Source: Octopus bimaculoides (lineage: Eukaryota). Taken from it: a stretch of DNA of 38,673 bases. The notes under the pieces are model-generated. The model saw only the letters and a list, made by a program, of their open reading frames with translations, was not told the DNA's origin and did not search any database. The first letter of the stretch is position 1. Every line of letters starts with the position of its first letter. The stretch lies in the NCBI RefSeq assembly GCF_001194135.2, contig NC_068988.1, positions 7,822,723 through 7,861,395 on the forward strand. Direction: 5' to 3'. Both the position numbers and the translations under genes were made by a program. Shown piece by piece: positions 22,248-34,276 of the stretch.

Positions 22248-22539
22248 TCTAATGACACAAACAAATAAANNNNNNNNNNNNNNNNNNNNNNNNNNNNNNN
22301 NNNNNNNNNNNNNNNNNNNNNNNNNNNNNNNNNNNNNNNNNNNNNNNNNNNNNNNNNNNNNNNNNNNNNNNNNNNNNNNNNNNNNNNNNNNNNNNNNNNN
22401 NNNNNNNNNNNNNNNNNNNNNNNNNNNNNNNNNNNNNNNNNNNNNNNNNNNNNNNNNNNNNNNNNNNNNNNNNNNNNNNNNNNNNNNNNNNNNNNNNNNN
22501 NNNNNNNNNNNNNNNNNNNNNNNNNNNNNNNNNNNNNNN

Positions 22540-22840
22540 GTGTTTATTGAGCGAAAACACCTAAAAGCTCCACGAGGCTCCGGCAGGGGATGGTGGCGAA
22601 CCCTGCTGTACCCTTCCAACACAACTTTCTCTCATTCTTACTTCCTGTTTCTGTTGTACCCGTATTTCAAAGGGCCAGCCTTGTCACACTTTGTGTCACG
22701 CTGAATCTCCCCGAGAACTACGTTAAGGGGACACGTGTCTGTGGAGTGCTCAGCTACTTGCACGTTAATTTCACGAGCAGGCTGTTCCGTTGGTCGGATC
22801 AACTGGAACCTTTGACGTCGTAAGCGACGGAGTGCCAACA
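22540..22840 (+). mobile_element. Family D-related element (shared 3' part, different 5' part)
   Basis: 22657-22836 aligns to the reverse complement of 10181-10360; 22540-22656 does not match the 10360-10455 head. Confidence 0.65.
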
Positions 22841-22845
22841 GCTAT

Positions 22846-22996
22846 CTGGGTTCAAATCCCGCCGAGGTCAACTTTACCTTTCATCGTTTCGAGCTCGATA
22901 AAATAAAGTAGCTGTTAAGAATTAAGTAGTATCGGGAGATGTAATCAAGCAACTACATTCCTCTAAAGTTGCTGACCTTATGCCAAAATTTGGAAC
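22846..22996 (+). mobile_element. Decayed 5'-truncated family A copy
   Basis: gggttcaaatcccgccgaggtcaactttacctttcatc...gaccttatgccaaaatttggaac. Confidence 0.7.
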
Positions 22997-23348
22997 AATT
23001 ATCGGGAAGATCAATACAAATATATAGACGTCTTTCTTGGCATTGCATAAATCGTAGCGATTGAAAAAGTTTTACGTAGAAGAAGATTAAGAATCAGGCG
23101 GCAAGATCATGTGACTAAACAGAAAGCGAAAGAGATGATTCACACACATGCACACACACACATACACACACACATGCACACACACACACATCCCACACAA
23201 CACACACGCTCATACATAGATATGCATATAACCACACACGCACACACACACACACACACGTATCAGAAGTCATGCGATCGTAAGAAGCAACTGTCGAAAG
23301 CATGAGTCTATTATGGATAATGGTCTTCTTTGGATATGAGTAGACTAC

Positions 23349-23391
<43 letters not shown>

Positions 23392-23565
23392 CATATAAAT
23401 ACATTTATTTATGTGTGTGTATATGTGTACATGAATATACATATANNNNNNNNNNNNNNNNNNNNNNNNNNNNNNNNNNNNNNNNNNNNNNNNNNNNNNN
23501 NNNNNNNNNNNNNNNNNNNNNNNNNNNNNNNNNNNNNNNNNNNNNNNNNNNNNNNNNNNNNNNNA

Positions 23566-23675
23566 ACAAAAATAAAATAATAATGATAATAATAATAATA
23601 ACAACAACAACAACAATAATAGCAATAATAATAATAATAATAGCAATAATAATAATAATAATAATAATAGTAATA

Positions 23676-23727
<52 letters not shown>

Positions 23728-23780
23728 TAATAATAATCAACATCGCTGTCATCATCATCATCATCGTCATAGACATCGTC
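23566..23780. repeat. (TAA)n/(CAT)n trinucleotide field
   Basis: Direct reading. Confidence 0.92.
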
Positions 23781-24716
23781 CATGTCAACGCCGTGGGTCA
23801 TCGGCGTCGTTGTTCATTTCCAACAAAGGTTTTCTTTCATATATGAATGTCAACGAACAATCAGCTTATATATATATTAATACCAAGACTCATTCTTTTG
23901 ATTATATTAGATCTAAAGGAACCCTGTATGATTGGATGAATCAAAACTTTTAGATGTTTGCCTTGTTAATGTCCTCTCACTCACCCTTTCCGTCTCTCTC
24001 TCTCTCTCTCTTTCTCTCTTATCTCTTCTCTCTCCCCCTTTCTCTCTCTTTTGCTCTTTCGTTTACGCTTAACTAAAGGCTTTTATCTGTATTTTTCTCT
24101 GTGGTTTCAGCTCAATCTGTAGTTTTCTCTATTTAACGAAGGTTTAGCAAATGTTTTTCCGGATAGAAGAAAATTAAAAAGAAAAAGTAAAAAAGGAAAA
24201 AACAAGGAGGAAGCGAACGTTTTCGCACAAATGGGATTTGGTAGAAATTAAATTGAATTTTTCATGCATTCTGGGCAGAACAAAATAAATTGAAACGAAC
24301 GGACAAGGAAAGACGACAGCAACAGCAACGATAACGAAAACTACAACAGCAGCAACAACAACAATAGCAAAGCACTACCAACAGCAACAACAACATCCAA
24401 ACAAAGACAACAGCAACAGTTATACCATCAACAACAACAACAGCAAATAAAGCGGTTGTTAAGACATAAATATCTACAATAAATGTAAATATAAAAGTAA
24501 CAAAACAGTTTCTTTCATAGGCACGGCGTGTGTGTCGTTTAAACTGACATTCGGTATTTTACTGTTTCATTCTATATTTTCTCAGTCCTGGAAGTATACC
24601 ACATGTGTAGCAACTGAGTCTCCTACTTTGGACGCGGAGTTTTAATGTCTTCCTCGCGACACGCTCTTGTATTTTTACAGTTCTTGTATTATTTTGTAGC
24701 CTTGCAGGATCATGAA

Positions 24717-24933
24717 ATATTCTTTTCTACTCTAGGCACAAGGCCCGAGATTTGAGGGCAAGGGGCCAGTCGATTAAATCGAACCAGTACGCAACTGGTA
24801 CTTAATTTATCGACCCCGAAAGGATGAACGGCAAAGTCGACCTCGGTGGAATTTGAACTCAGAACATAAAGACAGAAGGAATACCGCTAAGCACTTCGCC
24901 CGGCGTGCTAGCGATTCTGCCAGCTAGCTGCCT
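24717..24933 (-). mobile_element. SINE family A, full length
   Basis: tcttttctactctaggcacaaggccc...gaatttgaactcagaac...gcgattctgccagctagctgcc. Confidence 0.9.
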
Positions 24934-25354
24934 TTCGAGTATAAACATATCAACACAAGGAATATTAGTGCAATATTACTATTAAAACTTCTGCTAATTG
25001 CAAACTTAAGAGCACTGATTTAGTTGTTTGGAACCGAAGGAAAGATTATGTTGTCGTAGAGTCTAACCATCCTAAGGTTGTGAATGTTTTGTCCTAAGCT
25101 GAGAATAGAAATATTTTTGGACAACTTCATCGGATATCACAGCATCTTTACCGATATTATGAATTCATAAAAATTATGGGTGAACTTACAAACACCATCT
25201 ATAAACAGAGCGAGTATTAAAAGTATACGAGACTTTTCGAAAGTTCCACATATTGCAAATTATTGCATTTATCTTACTGGAAAATCAAATTCCAGAGATG
25301 AAATTTTGCTTCTTTGTCAGCGCGCAGCTTATTTGTTTTAAGAACTGAAATCAT

Positions 25355-25633
25355 TTTCAGAGGTTTATCATATATGAGCATGTCTAGATATGCAACTATA
25401 TGCATGAGAATACATACATAAAGCAAAACATACAAATCTGCACACATACATACATACATACATACATACATACATACATACATACAAACAAAAATACCCT
25501 GTTGTTGATGGGAAAATTCCAATAAAGGCGCCTTGGAATTGGTTAGAAACCGACTCTTTCTCTGTTGGCAAGAAATCTTGGAATAAAACTAAACAATGAT
25601 ATATATACGTACGTACGTACGTACGTACGTACG
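25355..25633 (+). mobile_element. 3' UTR of the (CATA)n-associated RLE retrotransposon
   Basis: gcatgtctagatatgcaactatatgcatgagaatacatacata...(CATA)n...ccctgttgttgat...ggttagaaaccgactctttctctgttggcaagaaatc, collinear with 29150-29370. Confidence 0.85.
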
Positions 25634-25656
25634 TTCTGTAATGTATTTTAAAGATA

Positions 25657-25863
25657 GGGCGGCAAGCAGGCAGAACAGTTAACAGGTCGGACAAAAAATA
25701 CTTAGCAGCATTTCGTCCGTCTTGACGTTCTGAGTGAATACTCTACGGAGGTCGACTTTATCCTTCCGAGGGTGATAAAATGAATAACCAGTTAAGCACT
25801 GGGGTCTTAGTAATCGATTTACCCGCTTCCCTGAACCTGGTGACCTTGTGCCAAAATTTGATA
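25657..25863 (+). mobile_element. SINE family A, decayed
   Basis: gggcggcaagcaggcagaac...gaggtcgactttatccttccgaggg...gaccttgtgccaaaatttga. Confidence 0.8.
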
Positions 25864-26126
25864 TGATTATTATATTTTAAGGAAGTGTATTCGTATCTGT
25901 TGTTGCTGTGAGAGTTTGCAGTTTTCTACTCCAACTAAATAATGTTTAATTTATAGGTTGCTTACTATATTTATTATTTGTCTAAATTGGTTGTTTATGC
26001 GAATTATTCTCTCTTGCTTATGGCTTATATTTTAATGACGAATGTTATTGATTCGAAAAATACATTTGATAATAGAGAAGCCATATGTATGGATGTTTAC
26101 TGGGTTGTGCATAGGTATGGATAGCG

Positions 26127-26160
<34 letters not shown>

Positions 26161-27205
26161 TATATATACATACANNNNNNNNNNNNNNNNNNNNNNNNNN
26201 NNNNNNNNNNNNNNNNNNNNNNNNNNNNNNNNNNNNNNNNNNNNNNNNNNNNNNNNNNNNNNNNNNNNNNNNNNNNNNNNNNNNNNNNNNNNNNNNNNNN
26301 NNNNNNNNNNNNNNNNNNNNNNNNNNNNNNNNNNNNNNNNNNNNNNNNNNNNNNNNNNNNNNNNNNNNNNNNNNNNNNNNNNNNNNNNNNNNNNNNNNNN
26401 NNNNNNNNNNNNNNNNNNNNNNNNNNNNNNNNNNNNNNNNNNNNNNNNNNNNNNNNNNNNNNNNNNNNNNNNNNNNNNNNNNNNNNNNNNNNNNNNNNNN
26501 NNNNNNNNNNNNNNNNNNNNNNNNNNNNNNNNNNNNNNNNNNNNNNNNNNNNNNNNNNNNNNNNNNNNNNNNNNNNNNNNNNNNNNNNNNNNNNNNNNNN
26601 NNNNNNNNNNNNNNNNNNNNNNNNNNNNNNNNNNNNNNNNNNNNNNNNNNNNNNNNNNNNNNNNNNNNNNNNNNNNNNNNNNNNNNNNNNNNNNNNNNNN
26701 NNNNNNNNNNNNNNNNNNNNNNNNNNNNNNNNNNNNNNNNNNNNNNNNNNNNNNNNNNNNNNNNNNNNNNNNNNNNNNNNNNNNNNNNNNNNNNNNNNNN
26801 NNNNNNNNNNNNNNNNNNNNNNNNNNNNNNNNNNNNNNNNNNNNNNNNNNNNNNNNNNNNNNNNNNNNNNNNNNNNNNNNNNNNNNNNNNNNNNNNNNNN
26901 NNNNNNNNNNNNNNNNNNNNNNNNNNNNNNNNNNNNNNNNNNNNNNNNNNNNNNNNNNNNNNNNNNNNNNNNNNNNNNNNNNNNNNNNNNNNNNNNNNNN
27001 NNNNNNNNNNNNNNNNNNNNNNNNNNNNNNNNNNNNNNNNNNNNNAGAGAGAGAGAGACAGACAGAGAGACAGACAGAGAGACAGAGAGAGAGAGTTAGG
27101 GGAGAGAAAGAGAGATAGAGGCATGCATGTATAACTTTGTATGGAGGGGCACTGATGGATTCATAAATATAATATCGTCAGTAATATGACAAAATGATGT
27201 CTCAA

Positions 27206-27850
27206 TATTCTTTTCTACTCTCAGCACAAGGCCCGAAACTTTTGGGGAGTGGGGTAGTCGATTAGATCGACCCCAGTACGCAATCGATCCTGAAAGGATC
27301 AAAGCCAAAGTCGGCCTCAGCGGAATTTGAACTCAGAACGTAAAGACATACGAAATACCGCTAAGCATTTCGTCCGGCGTGCTAACGATTCTGCCAGCTT
27401 GCAGCCTCTTTGAATGTCTCAATATTCTTTTCCACTCTAGGCACAAGACCCGAAACTTTTGGAGAGGGGCCAGCCGATTAGATTTACCCCAGTACGCAGC
27501 TGGTATTTAATTTATCAATCCCGAAAGGATGAAAGAGCAAAGTCGGCCTCGGCGAAATTTGAACTCAGAACATAGCAACAGAGAAATACCGCTAAGCATT
27601 TCGCCCGGCGTTGCTAACGTTTCTTATTTCTTTATTGCCCACAAGGGGCTAAACATAGAAGGGACAAACAAGGACAGACAAAGGGATTAAGTCGATTAGA
27701 TCGACTCCAGTGCGTAACTGGTACTTATTTAATCGACCCCGAAAGGATGAAAGGCAAAATCGACCTCGGCGGAGTTTGAACTCAGCGACAGACGAAATAC
27801 CGCTAAGCATTTCGCCCGGCGTTGCTAACGTTTCTGCCAGCTCACCGCCT
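27206..27850 (-). mobile_element. Nest of three family A SINEs
   Basis: Copies at 27206-27407, 27423-27624 (head completed at 27836-27850) and 27625-27835; repeated flank atgtct(c/t)aatatt at 27197, 27414 and 27855. Confidence 0.85.
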
Positions 27851-28006
27851 TTGAATGTCTTAATATTATCTAATTACTGAATGTAGTTGATTTCTGTAAT
27901 TCACCTTTTTAATACGTCAGAATTTATGCGAATTGGATGTCTACATCACAAAGATCTTTCATCGTTATTTACGTAGGCGTCAGTGTATGCTTGTACGTAC
28001 ACATAA

Positions 28007-28052
<46 letters not shown>

Positions 28053-28730
28053 NNNNNNNNNNNNNNNNNNNNNNNNNNNNNNNNNNNNNNNNNNNNNNNN
28101 NNNNNNNNNNNNNNNNNNNNNNNNNNNNNNNNNNNNNNNNNNNNNNNNNNNNNNNNNNNNNNNNNNNNNNNNNNNNNNNNNNNNNNNNNNNNNNNNNNNN
28201 NNNNNNNNNNNNNNNNNNNNNNNNNNNNNNNNNNNNNNNNNNNNNNNNNNNNNNNNNNNNNNNNNNNNNNNNNNNNNNNNNNNNNNNNNNNNNNNNNNNN
28301 NNNNNNNNNNNNNNNNNNNNNNNNNNNNNNNNNNNNNNNNNNNNNNNNNNNNNNNNNNNNNNNNNNNNNNNNNNNNNNNNNNNNNNNNNNNNNNNNNNNN
28401 NNNNNNNNNNNNNNNNNNNNNNNNNNNNNNNNNNNNNNNNNNNNNNNNNNNNNNNNNNNNNNNNNNNNNNNNNNNNNNNNNNNNNNNNNNNNNNNNNNNN
28501 NNNNNNNNNNNNNNNNNNNNNNNNNNNNNNNNNNNNNNNNNNNNNNNNNNNNNNNNNNNNNNNNNNNNNNNNNNNNNNNNNNNNNNNNNNNNNNNNNNNN
28601 NNNNNNNNNNNNNNNNNNNNNNNNNNNNNNNNNNNNNNNNNNNNNNNNNNNNNNNNNNNNNNNNNNNNNNNNNNNNNNNNNNNNNNNNNNNNNNNNNNNN
28701 NNNNNNNNNNNNNNNNNNNNNNNNNNNNNN

Positions 28731-28790
28731 GTAAGGCGGTGCTCCAGCATGGCCGCAGTCAAGTGACAGAAGCAAATAGAAGAATAAAAT
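28731..28790 (+). mobile_element. SINE family C tail emerging from gap
   Basis: aaggcggtgctccagcatggccgcagtcaagtgacagaagc. Confidence 0.8.
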
Positions 28791-28826
28791 ACATACATAC
28801 ATACATACATACATACATACATACAT

Positions 28827-29383
28827 GTAGAAGAGAAAACTGTGTACAGTTGTGGAAATTAGCTGCCCAGCGGATGTTAACATAAAGTTGAAGATCAGTG
28901 AAAAAGAATACCAGCGCTGAACTATTGAGGAATCTCCAGTTACTCTATCCAGATTACAAGTTCAGGTTAATACCTGTAATTATTGGGGACCTGGGATATG
29001 TAACGCACTGTCTAGATACCAATCTTGAGAAATTAGGCTTCTCAAAACCAGAAAGGAGAAAGCTAATTCGAAGAATACAGATTCAATCCATCAATGGAAT
29101 TGTAAAAATCTGTAAAACTTGCCAAACATTTATCGGTTAAGTATATATAAGCATGTCAAGACACGCAACTATATGCATGAGAATACATACATAAAACATA
29201 CAAGTCTGCACATACATACATACACACACATACATGCATACATACATACATACATACATACATACATACCCTGTTGTTGATTTTGAAATTCCAATGAAGG
29301 AGTCTTGGATCTAGGTTAGAAACCGGTTCATTCTCTACTGGCAAGAAATGTTGAAATAAACTGAATAATGACATACATACATA
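28827..29383 (+). mobile_element. 5'-truncated RLE-type non-LTR retrotransposon flanked by (CATA)n
   Basis: KLCTVVEISCPADVNIKLKISEKE/ELLRNLQLLYPDYKFRLIPVIIGDLGYV...IQIQSINGIVKICKT is an RLE C-terminus ((D/E)xxxP...K...PVIIGxLG); (CATA)n at 28790-28826, inside the UTR and at the 3' end. Confidence 0.8.
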
Positions 29384-29385
29384 TA

Positions 29386-29922
29386 CAGGGTATATATAAA
29401 ATGAATGGAGCAAACAGAAAGCATACAGGTGAATGTTGTAAAGAATGCATTGCAAAATTTATAGATGTAACATGAAAAGTTAACTCTTAACATTTCTGCT
29501 GACAGTCACAGATGTTCAATGCGGGCGTCCTTTGCCACACAGCGGATTTTACGCCGGTGCCAGGGTAATCGAAATAACTGAGTCGAACGCGTCGCCTACC
29601 TGCTGTTTTAACTTTTGTAAGTCCTGTTGAAGTGGAGATATGAACAACTTGTCTTGCAAATACCCGCAAAAAAAAAAAAAAAAAGATGAGTGGCAAAGTG
29701 TTAGATCGGAGGTACCTGCGAGGCCAGAACATCTATAGTAGATCATTCACCTCAGCACGGCTAATCTAGCTTTCTGGAAGATTCTGGTTGAGGTAATCAC
29801 GTATATGTCTATGCCAATATGGCGGTCCCCGTCTTGCTGCGTGATGAAGGCGAGTATCTCTTCTTCCAACTGGAACCACAACCACATGGACAGCATTGTA
29901 CCATTCCTTTTGAATTACTTTG
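29386..29922 (-). mobile_element. Internally deleted Tc1/mariner element (rosa/DD41D-like), TA-flanked
   Basis: TA at 29384-85 and 29923-24; imperfect TIRs cagggtatatataaaatgaatgg and reverse-strand caaagtaattcaaaaggaatgg; minus strand FITQQDG/PPYWHRHIRDYLNQNLPES*ISR...WPRR/DLTLC...GYLQDKLF...RIEHL*. Confidence 0.85.
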
Positions 29923-30171
29923 TATAATGAAATCAAGTTGATTGGTACTTCAAGTTTCGTGCATCGATTCGCTCGACTAATAAACGAACGGTGAAGCGAA
30001 ACATGAAATCCCGATCGACTTAATTTTCACAATAAATTTGACTCTACTTTAGCACACAGCAATGACGTCAGATGTTATTCTTAAACGTGTTGTGAATTTA
30101 TAACATTATTTGAACATTGTAACGCACATATATCGATACAAAATACACACATATATACGCAGAAATCGACA

Positions 30172-30178
30172 GACAGAC

Positions 30179-30242
<64 letters not shown>

Positions 30243-30323
30243 CACATTAACATAAAGAGATAGAGTGAGAGGGAGACAGACACATAGATAGATAGAAAAA
30301 TCGATAGACTGATATGTGTGTGC

Positions 30324-30354
<31 letters not shown>

Positions 30355-30686
30355 TAAACTGGTAGATGGAACAAGAGGTACGAGTCATATGTAGGTATAA
30401 ACATTTTGATAAATAGATAGACTGATAGATAGATAGACACACAGACTGACTGACTGACAGACAGACAGACAGGCAGACAAGTAAATTTTATGCTTAAACA
30501 ATCAATACTTGGTGTTTAAAGAGAACGATTCTATTTCTGAAAGCTTGGAATATAATTTTGACATCAAGAGCGAAAACTGGTGCAGTCGAATTGTAAATAT
30601 GTCAGCGAGAAATAAAATACATGGTTTTATGTGTCTGTCTATATTTATGCATGTGTGTGAATGTATGTATGGTATGTACGTATGAA

Positions 30687-30724
<38 letters not shown>

Positions 30725-30729
30725 CATAG

Positions 30730-30802
<73 letters not shown>

Positions 30803-31003
30803 CATAGAGAGAGAGAGAGAAGTTGAGAAAAGAGACAGACAGACAGACACAGACGGAAACATGTATACATGCATACATAGATATACACACCTCTAACTAT
30901 ATACATAAATATAAGCATACTTGCATATACACACACAATTATATACAAACGCACATATGTATATTTGCATCATACACACACACAGACATATATACACACA
31001 CAT

Positions 31004-31098
<95 letters not shown>

Positions 31099-31100
31099 TA
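30172..31100. repeat. (GATA)n, (GACA)n, (TA)n and (CA)n microsatellite cluster
   Basis: Direct reading. Confidence 0.9.
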
Positions 31101-31256
31101 AGCATTTACGAATGAGTATTAAGATAGATACGTATGCAAAAAAGTGTAGAATTAAACAATTCCATAAAGAAAGCTTTGAGTATATTATTTCCAACGACAA
31201 GAAGCATGGAATTATTTTGAAGACAGGAGAGGAGAAAAACAAGCAATACAAACTCA

Positions 31257-31301
<45 letters not shown>

Positions 31302-32100
31302 NNNNNNNNNNNNNNNNNNNNNNNNNNNNNNNNNNNNNNNNNNNNNNNNNNNNNNNNNNNNNNNNNNNNNNNNNNNNNNNNNNNNNNNNNNNNNNNNNNN
31401 NNNNNNNNNNNNNNNNNNNNNNNNNNNNNNNNNNNNNNNNNNNNNNNNNNNNNNNNNNNNNNNNNNNNNNNNNNNNNNNNNNNNNNNNNNNNNNNNNNNN
31501 NNNNNNNNNNNNNNNNNNNNNNNNNNNNNNNNNNNNNNNNNNNNNNNNNNNNNNNNNNNNNNNNNNNNNNNNNNNNNNNNNNNNNNNNNNNNNNNNNNNN
31601 NNNNNNNNNNNNNNNNNNNNNNNNNNNNNNNNNNNNNNNNNNNNNNNNNNNNNNNNNNNNNNNNNNNNNNNNNNNNNNNNNNNNNNNNNNNNNNNNNNNN
31701 NNNNNNNNNNNNNNNNNNNNNNNNNNNNNNNNNNNNNNNNNNNNNNNNNNNNNNNNNNNNNNNNNNNNNNNNNNNNNNNNNNNNNNNNNNNNNNNNNNNN
31801 NNNNNNNNNNNNNNNNNNNNNNNNNNNNNNNNNNNNNNNNNNNNNNNNNNNNNNNNNNNNNNNNNNNNNNNNNNNNNNNNNNNNNNNNNNNNNNNNNNNN
31901 NNNNNNNNNNNNNNNNNNNNNNNNNNNNNNNNNNNNNNNNNNNNNNNNNNNNNNNNNNNNNNNNNNNNNNNNNNNNNNNNNNNNNNNNNNNNNNNNNNNN
32001 NNNNNTATGTATATATATGTATATGTATATATATATATACATATATATATATATACATATATATTCATATATACACGCACTTCCATGCATACACACAAAT

Positions 32101-32161
<61 letters not shown>

Positions 32162-32755
32162 TATATATTTATATGCACGTATATTTACTCATTCAATCAT
32201 AGATTGGTATTGAATAAATAATGTAATTATTTCGAGAATTAATTGTTTCTATTTAAATGATTCGACTTTTTTCTCATCTGTGTGCGTGCCTGTGCGAATT
32301 ACTGTGTATGTGCTCGCGCGTGTCTTTGTGTGTGTGTGTTAAAATGTGTGTATGTATGTATGTATGTATGTATATACGATAATGGTAAACAGTGAAAATT
32401 AGCATTCAATATCGCTTTAGTGGATAAATACTTTTGTAGTTATGGGTTTGCTATACTTACTTCAACTTTCACACATTTGAATTCGCAATTTTCAAGTGCT
32501 CCAGTTAAAAATCATGGTAATCCTTCTCCTGTTTGGATTTGGCTGCGTCAGATTTCACAAGATTTCGAACCTTATTAAATGCGCCAAGCAAAATAAGATG
32601 AAGCAAATATTCAGGGACAATGGCAGTGTCATTTCTCTTGCGCTAGTATTAATCTTAAAAGCACTGGTAAAATACCCGTATGCATTTTTCCGTGCACCCA
32701 GCAGCATATAGTATATGTGATCGTGCAGTTATTTGAATGTATGCTGTGAAAATTG

Positions 32756-32866
32756 CAGTGGAACCTCGGTTTTCGAACAACTCTGGTCAAGAATAAATCG
32801 TACCTTATCTCCTGCCTTTCTCATATTCATTTAATACGGTAGTACATCGGTTTACGAACGCTTCTG
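32756..32866. mobile_element. Two pogo/Tigger-like terminal repeat starts
   Basis: cagtggaacctcggttttcgaac (32756) and ta|cggtagtacatcggtttacgaacgc (32837) resemble Tigger-type termini from recall; partner ends not visible (gap follows). Confidence 0.4.
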
Positions 32867-33807
32867 NNNNNNNNNNNNNNNNNNNNNNNNNNNNNNNNNN
32901 NNNNNNNNNNNNNNNNNNNNNNNNNNNNNNNNNNNNNNNNNNNNNNNNNNNNNNNNNNNNNNNNNNNNNNNNNNNNNNNNNNNNNNNNNNNNNNNNNNNN
33001 NNNNNNNNNNNNNNNNNNNNNNNNNNNNNNNNNNNNNNNNNNNNNNNNNNNNNNNNNNNNNNNNNNNNNNNNNNNNNNNNNNNNNNNNNNNNNNNNNNNN
33101 NNNNNNNNNNNNNNNNNNNNNNNNNNNNNNNNNNNNNNNNNNNNNNNNNNNNNNNNNNNNNNNNNNNNNNNNNNNNNNNNNNNNNNNNNNNNNNNNNNNN
33201 NNNNNNNNNNNNNNNNNNNNNNNNNNNNNNNNNNNNNNNNNNNNNNNNNNNNNNNNNNNNNNNNNNNNNNNNNNNNNNNNNNNNNNNNNNNNNNNNNNNN
33301 NNNNNNNNNNNNNNNNNNNNNNNNNNNNNNNNNNNNNNNNNNNNNNNNNNNNNNNNNNNNNNNNNNNNNNNNNNNNNNNNNNNNNNNNNNNNNNNNNNNN
33401 NNNNNNNNNNNNNNNNNNNNNNNNNNNNNNNNNNNNNNNNNCACAATTAGGGGTAATTTCGAAAGGGAATGAAAAATAAAAACATTTACCATCTATTTCC
33501 TGAACCATGGTTTCAAGCTATTTTCAGCAAAATAAAATAATTTGCTAGGACAGCTATCATCAGCAGGAAAGCCAAGATTAACATATAAACACGAGGCAAT
33601 ACAGAACATGCCTCGTGCTCATATGTTATAACTTTTCATATCTACCGCGCATGTGCGATTTTCTTATCGGCAGCAAATACAAAAAATTCTGATTTTCTTC
33701 TAAAAATTAGCCAAAAAATCATTTAGTGCCAAATGGTGCTAAAAACCACCTCTCTACTCCATTAGCACAGGTTGTTATCGGGCAGAGGAAAAAAGAAATA
33801 AGACCTT

Positions 33808-34266
33808 TAGATCGAACGATTTCAAACTCAGTGTTATGAAAACACCTTGTTATATTCAGTATAAGATGCCAAAGCATATACACAGAAATATTTATACATA
33901 CCAATACGAACGTCGTAGTCGCACGTATGACACTAGTAAAAATCCAATTTATCTTCTCATCTCAATATAACGAAATTTTGCGAAAGCAATTTGATCAGGA
34001 GCAAATTTTTTNNNNNNNNNNATTTTTGCTCCTGATCAAATTGCATTCGCTGCGAGATTATTTTGATAAAAAAAGACGCACGTGGTTGAGATAAGAAGAT
34101 AAATTGGATTTTTACTAGTATACACGTGCAAATGTATGTATATGGTTGTGCAACTCCGATGTTCGTATGGGTATGCATAAATATTTGTGTGTATATATGC
34201 TTTGACATATTGTACTGAAGATAACAAGGTGTTTTCATGAAGCTAAGTTTGAAATCGTTCGATATA
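33808..34266. repeat. Long diverged inverted repeat (MITE/foldback-like) centred on a 10-N gap
   Basis: 33932-33957 is the exact reverse complement of 34094-34119 (26 bp); 33986-34005 of 34025-34044 (20 bp); outer arms align with substitutions and indels. Confidence 0.8.
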
Positions 34267-34276
34267 CAGTTGATCG

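Noticed and set aside
26042-27124. Long ORFs of 250-370 aa spanning N-runs (also 3571-4456, 27933-28885, 30970-32221, 32805-33508)
   Set aside because: Mostly X residues from assembly gaps
27197-27867. CRISPR-like repeat-spacer pattern
   Set aside because: The repeats are TSDs and the intervening segments are homologous SINE copies; eukaryotic context, no cas genes
32455-32570. Strong minus-strand donor gaa|gtaagt with upstream acceptor
   Set aside because: All three frames from the plausible acceptor contain stops; a non-coding exon cannot be excluded but is unsupported
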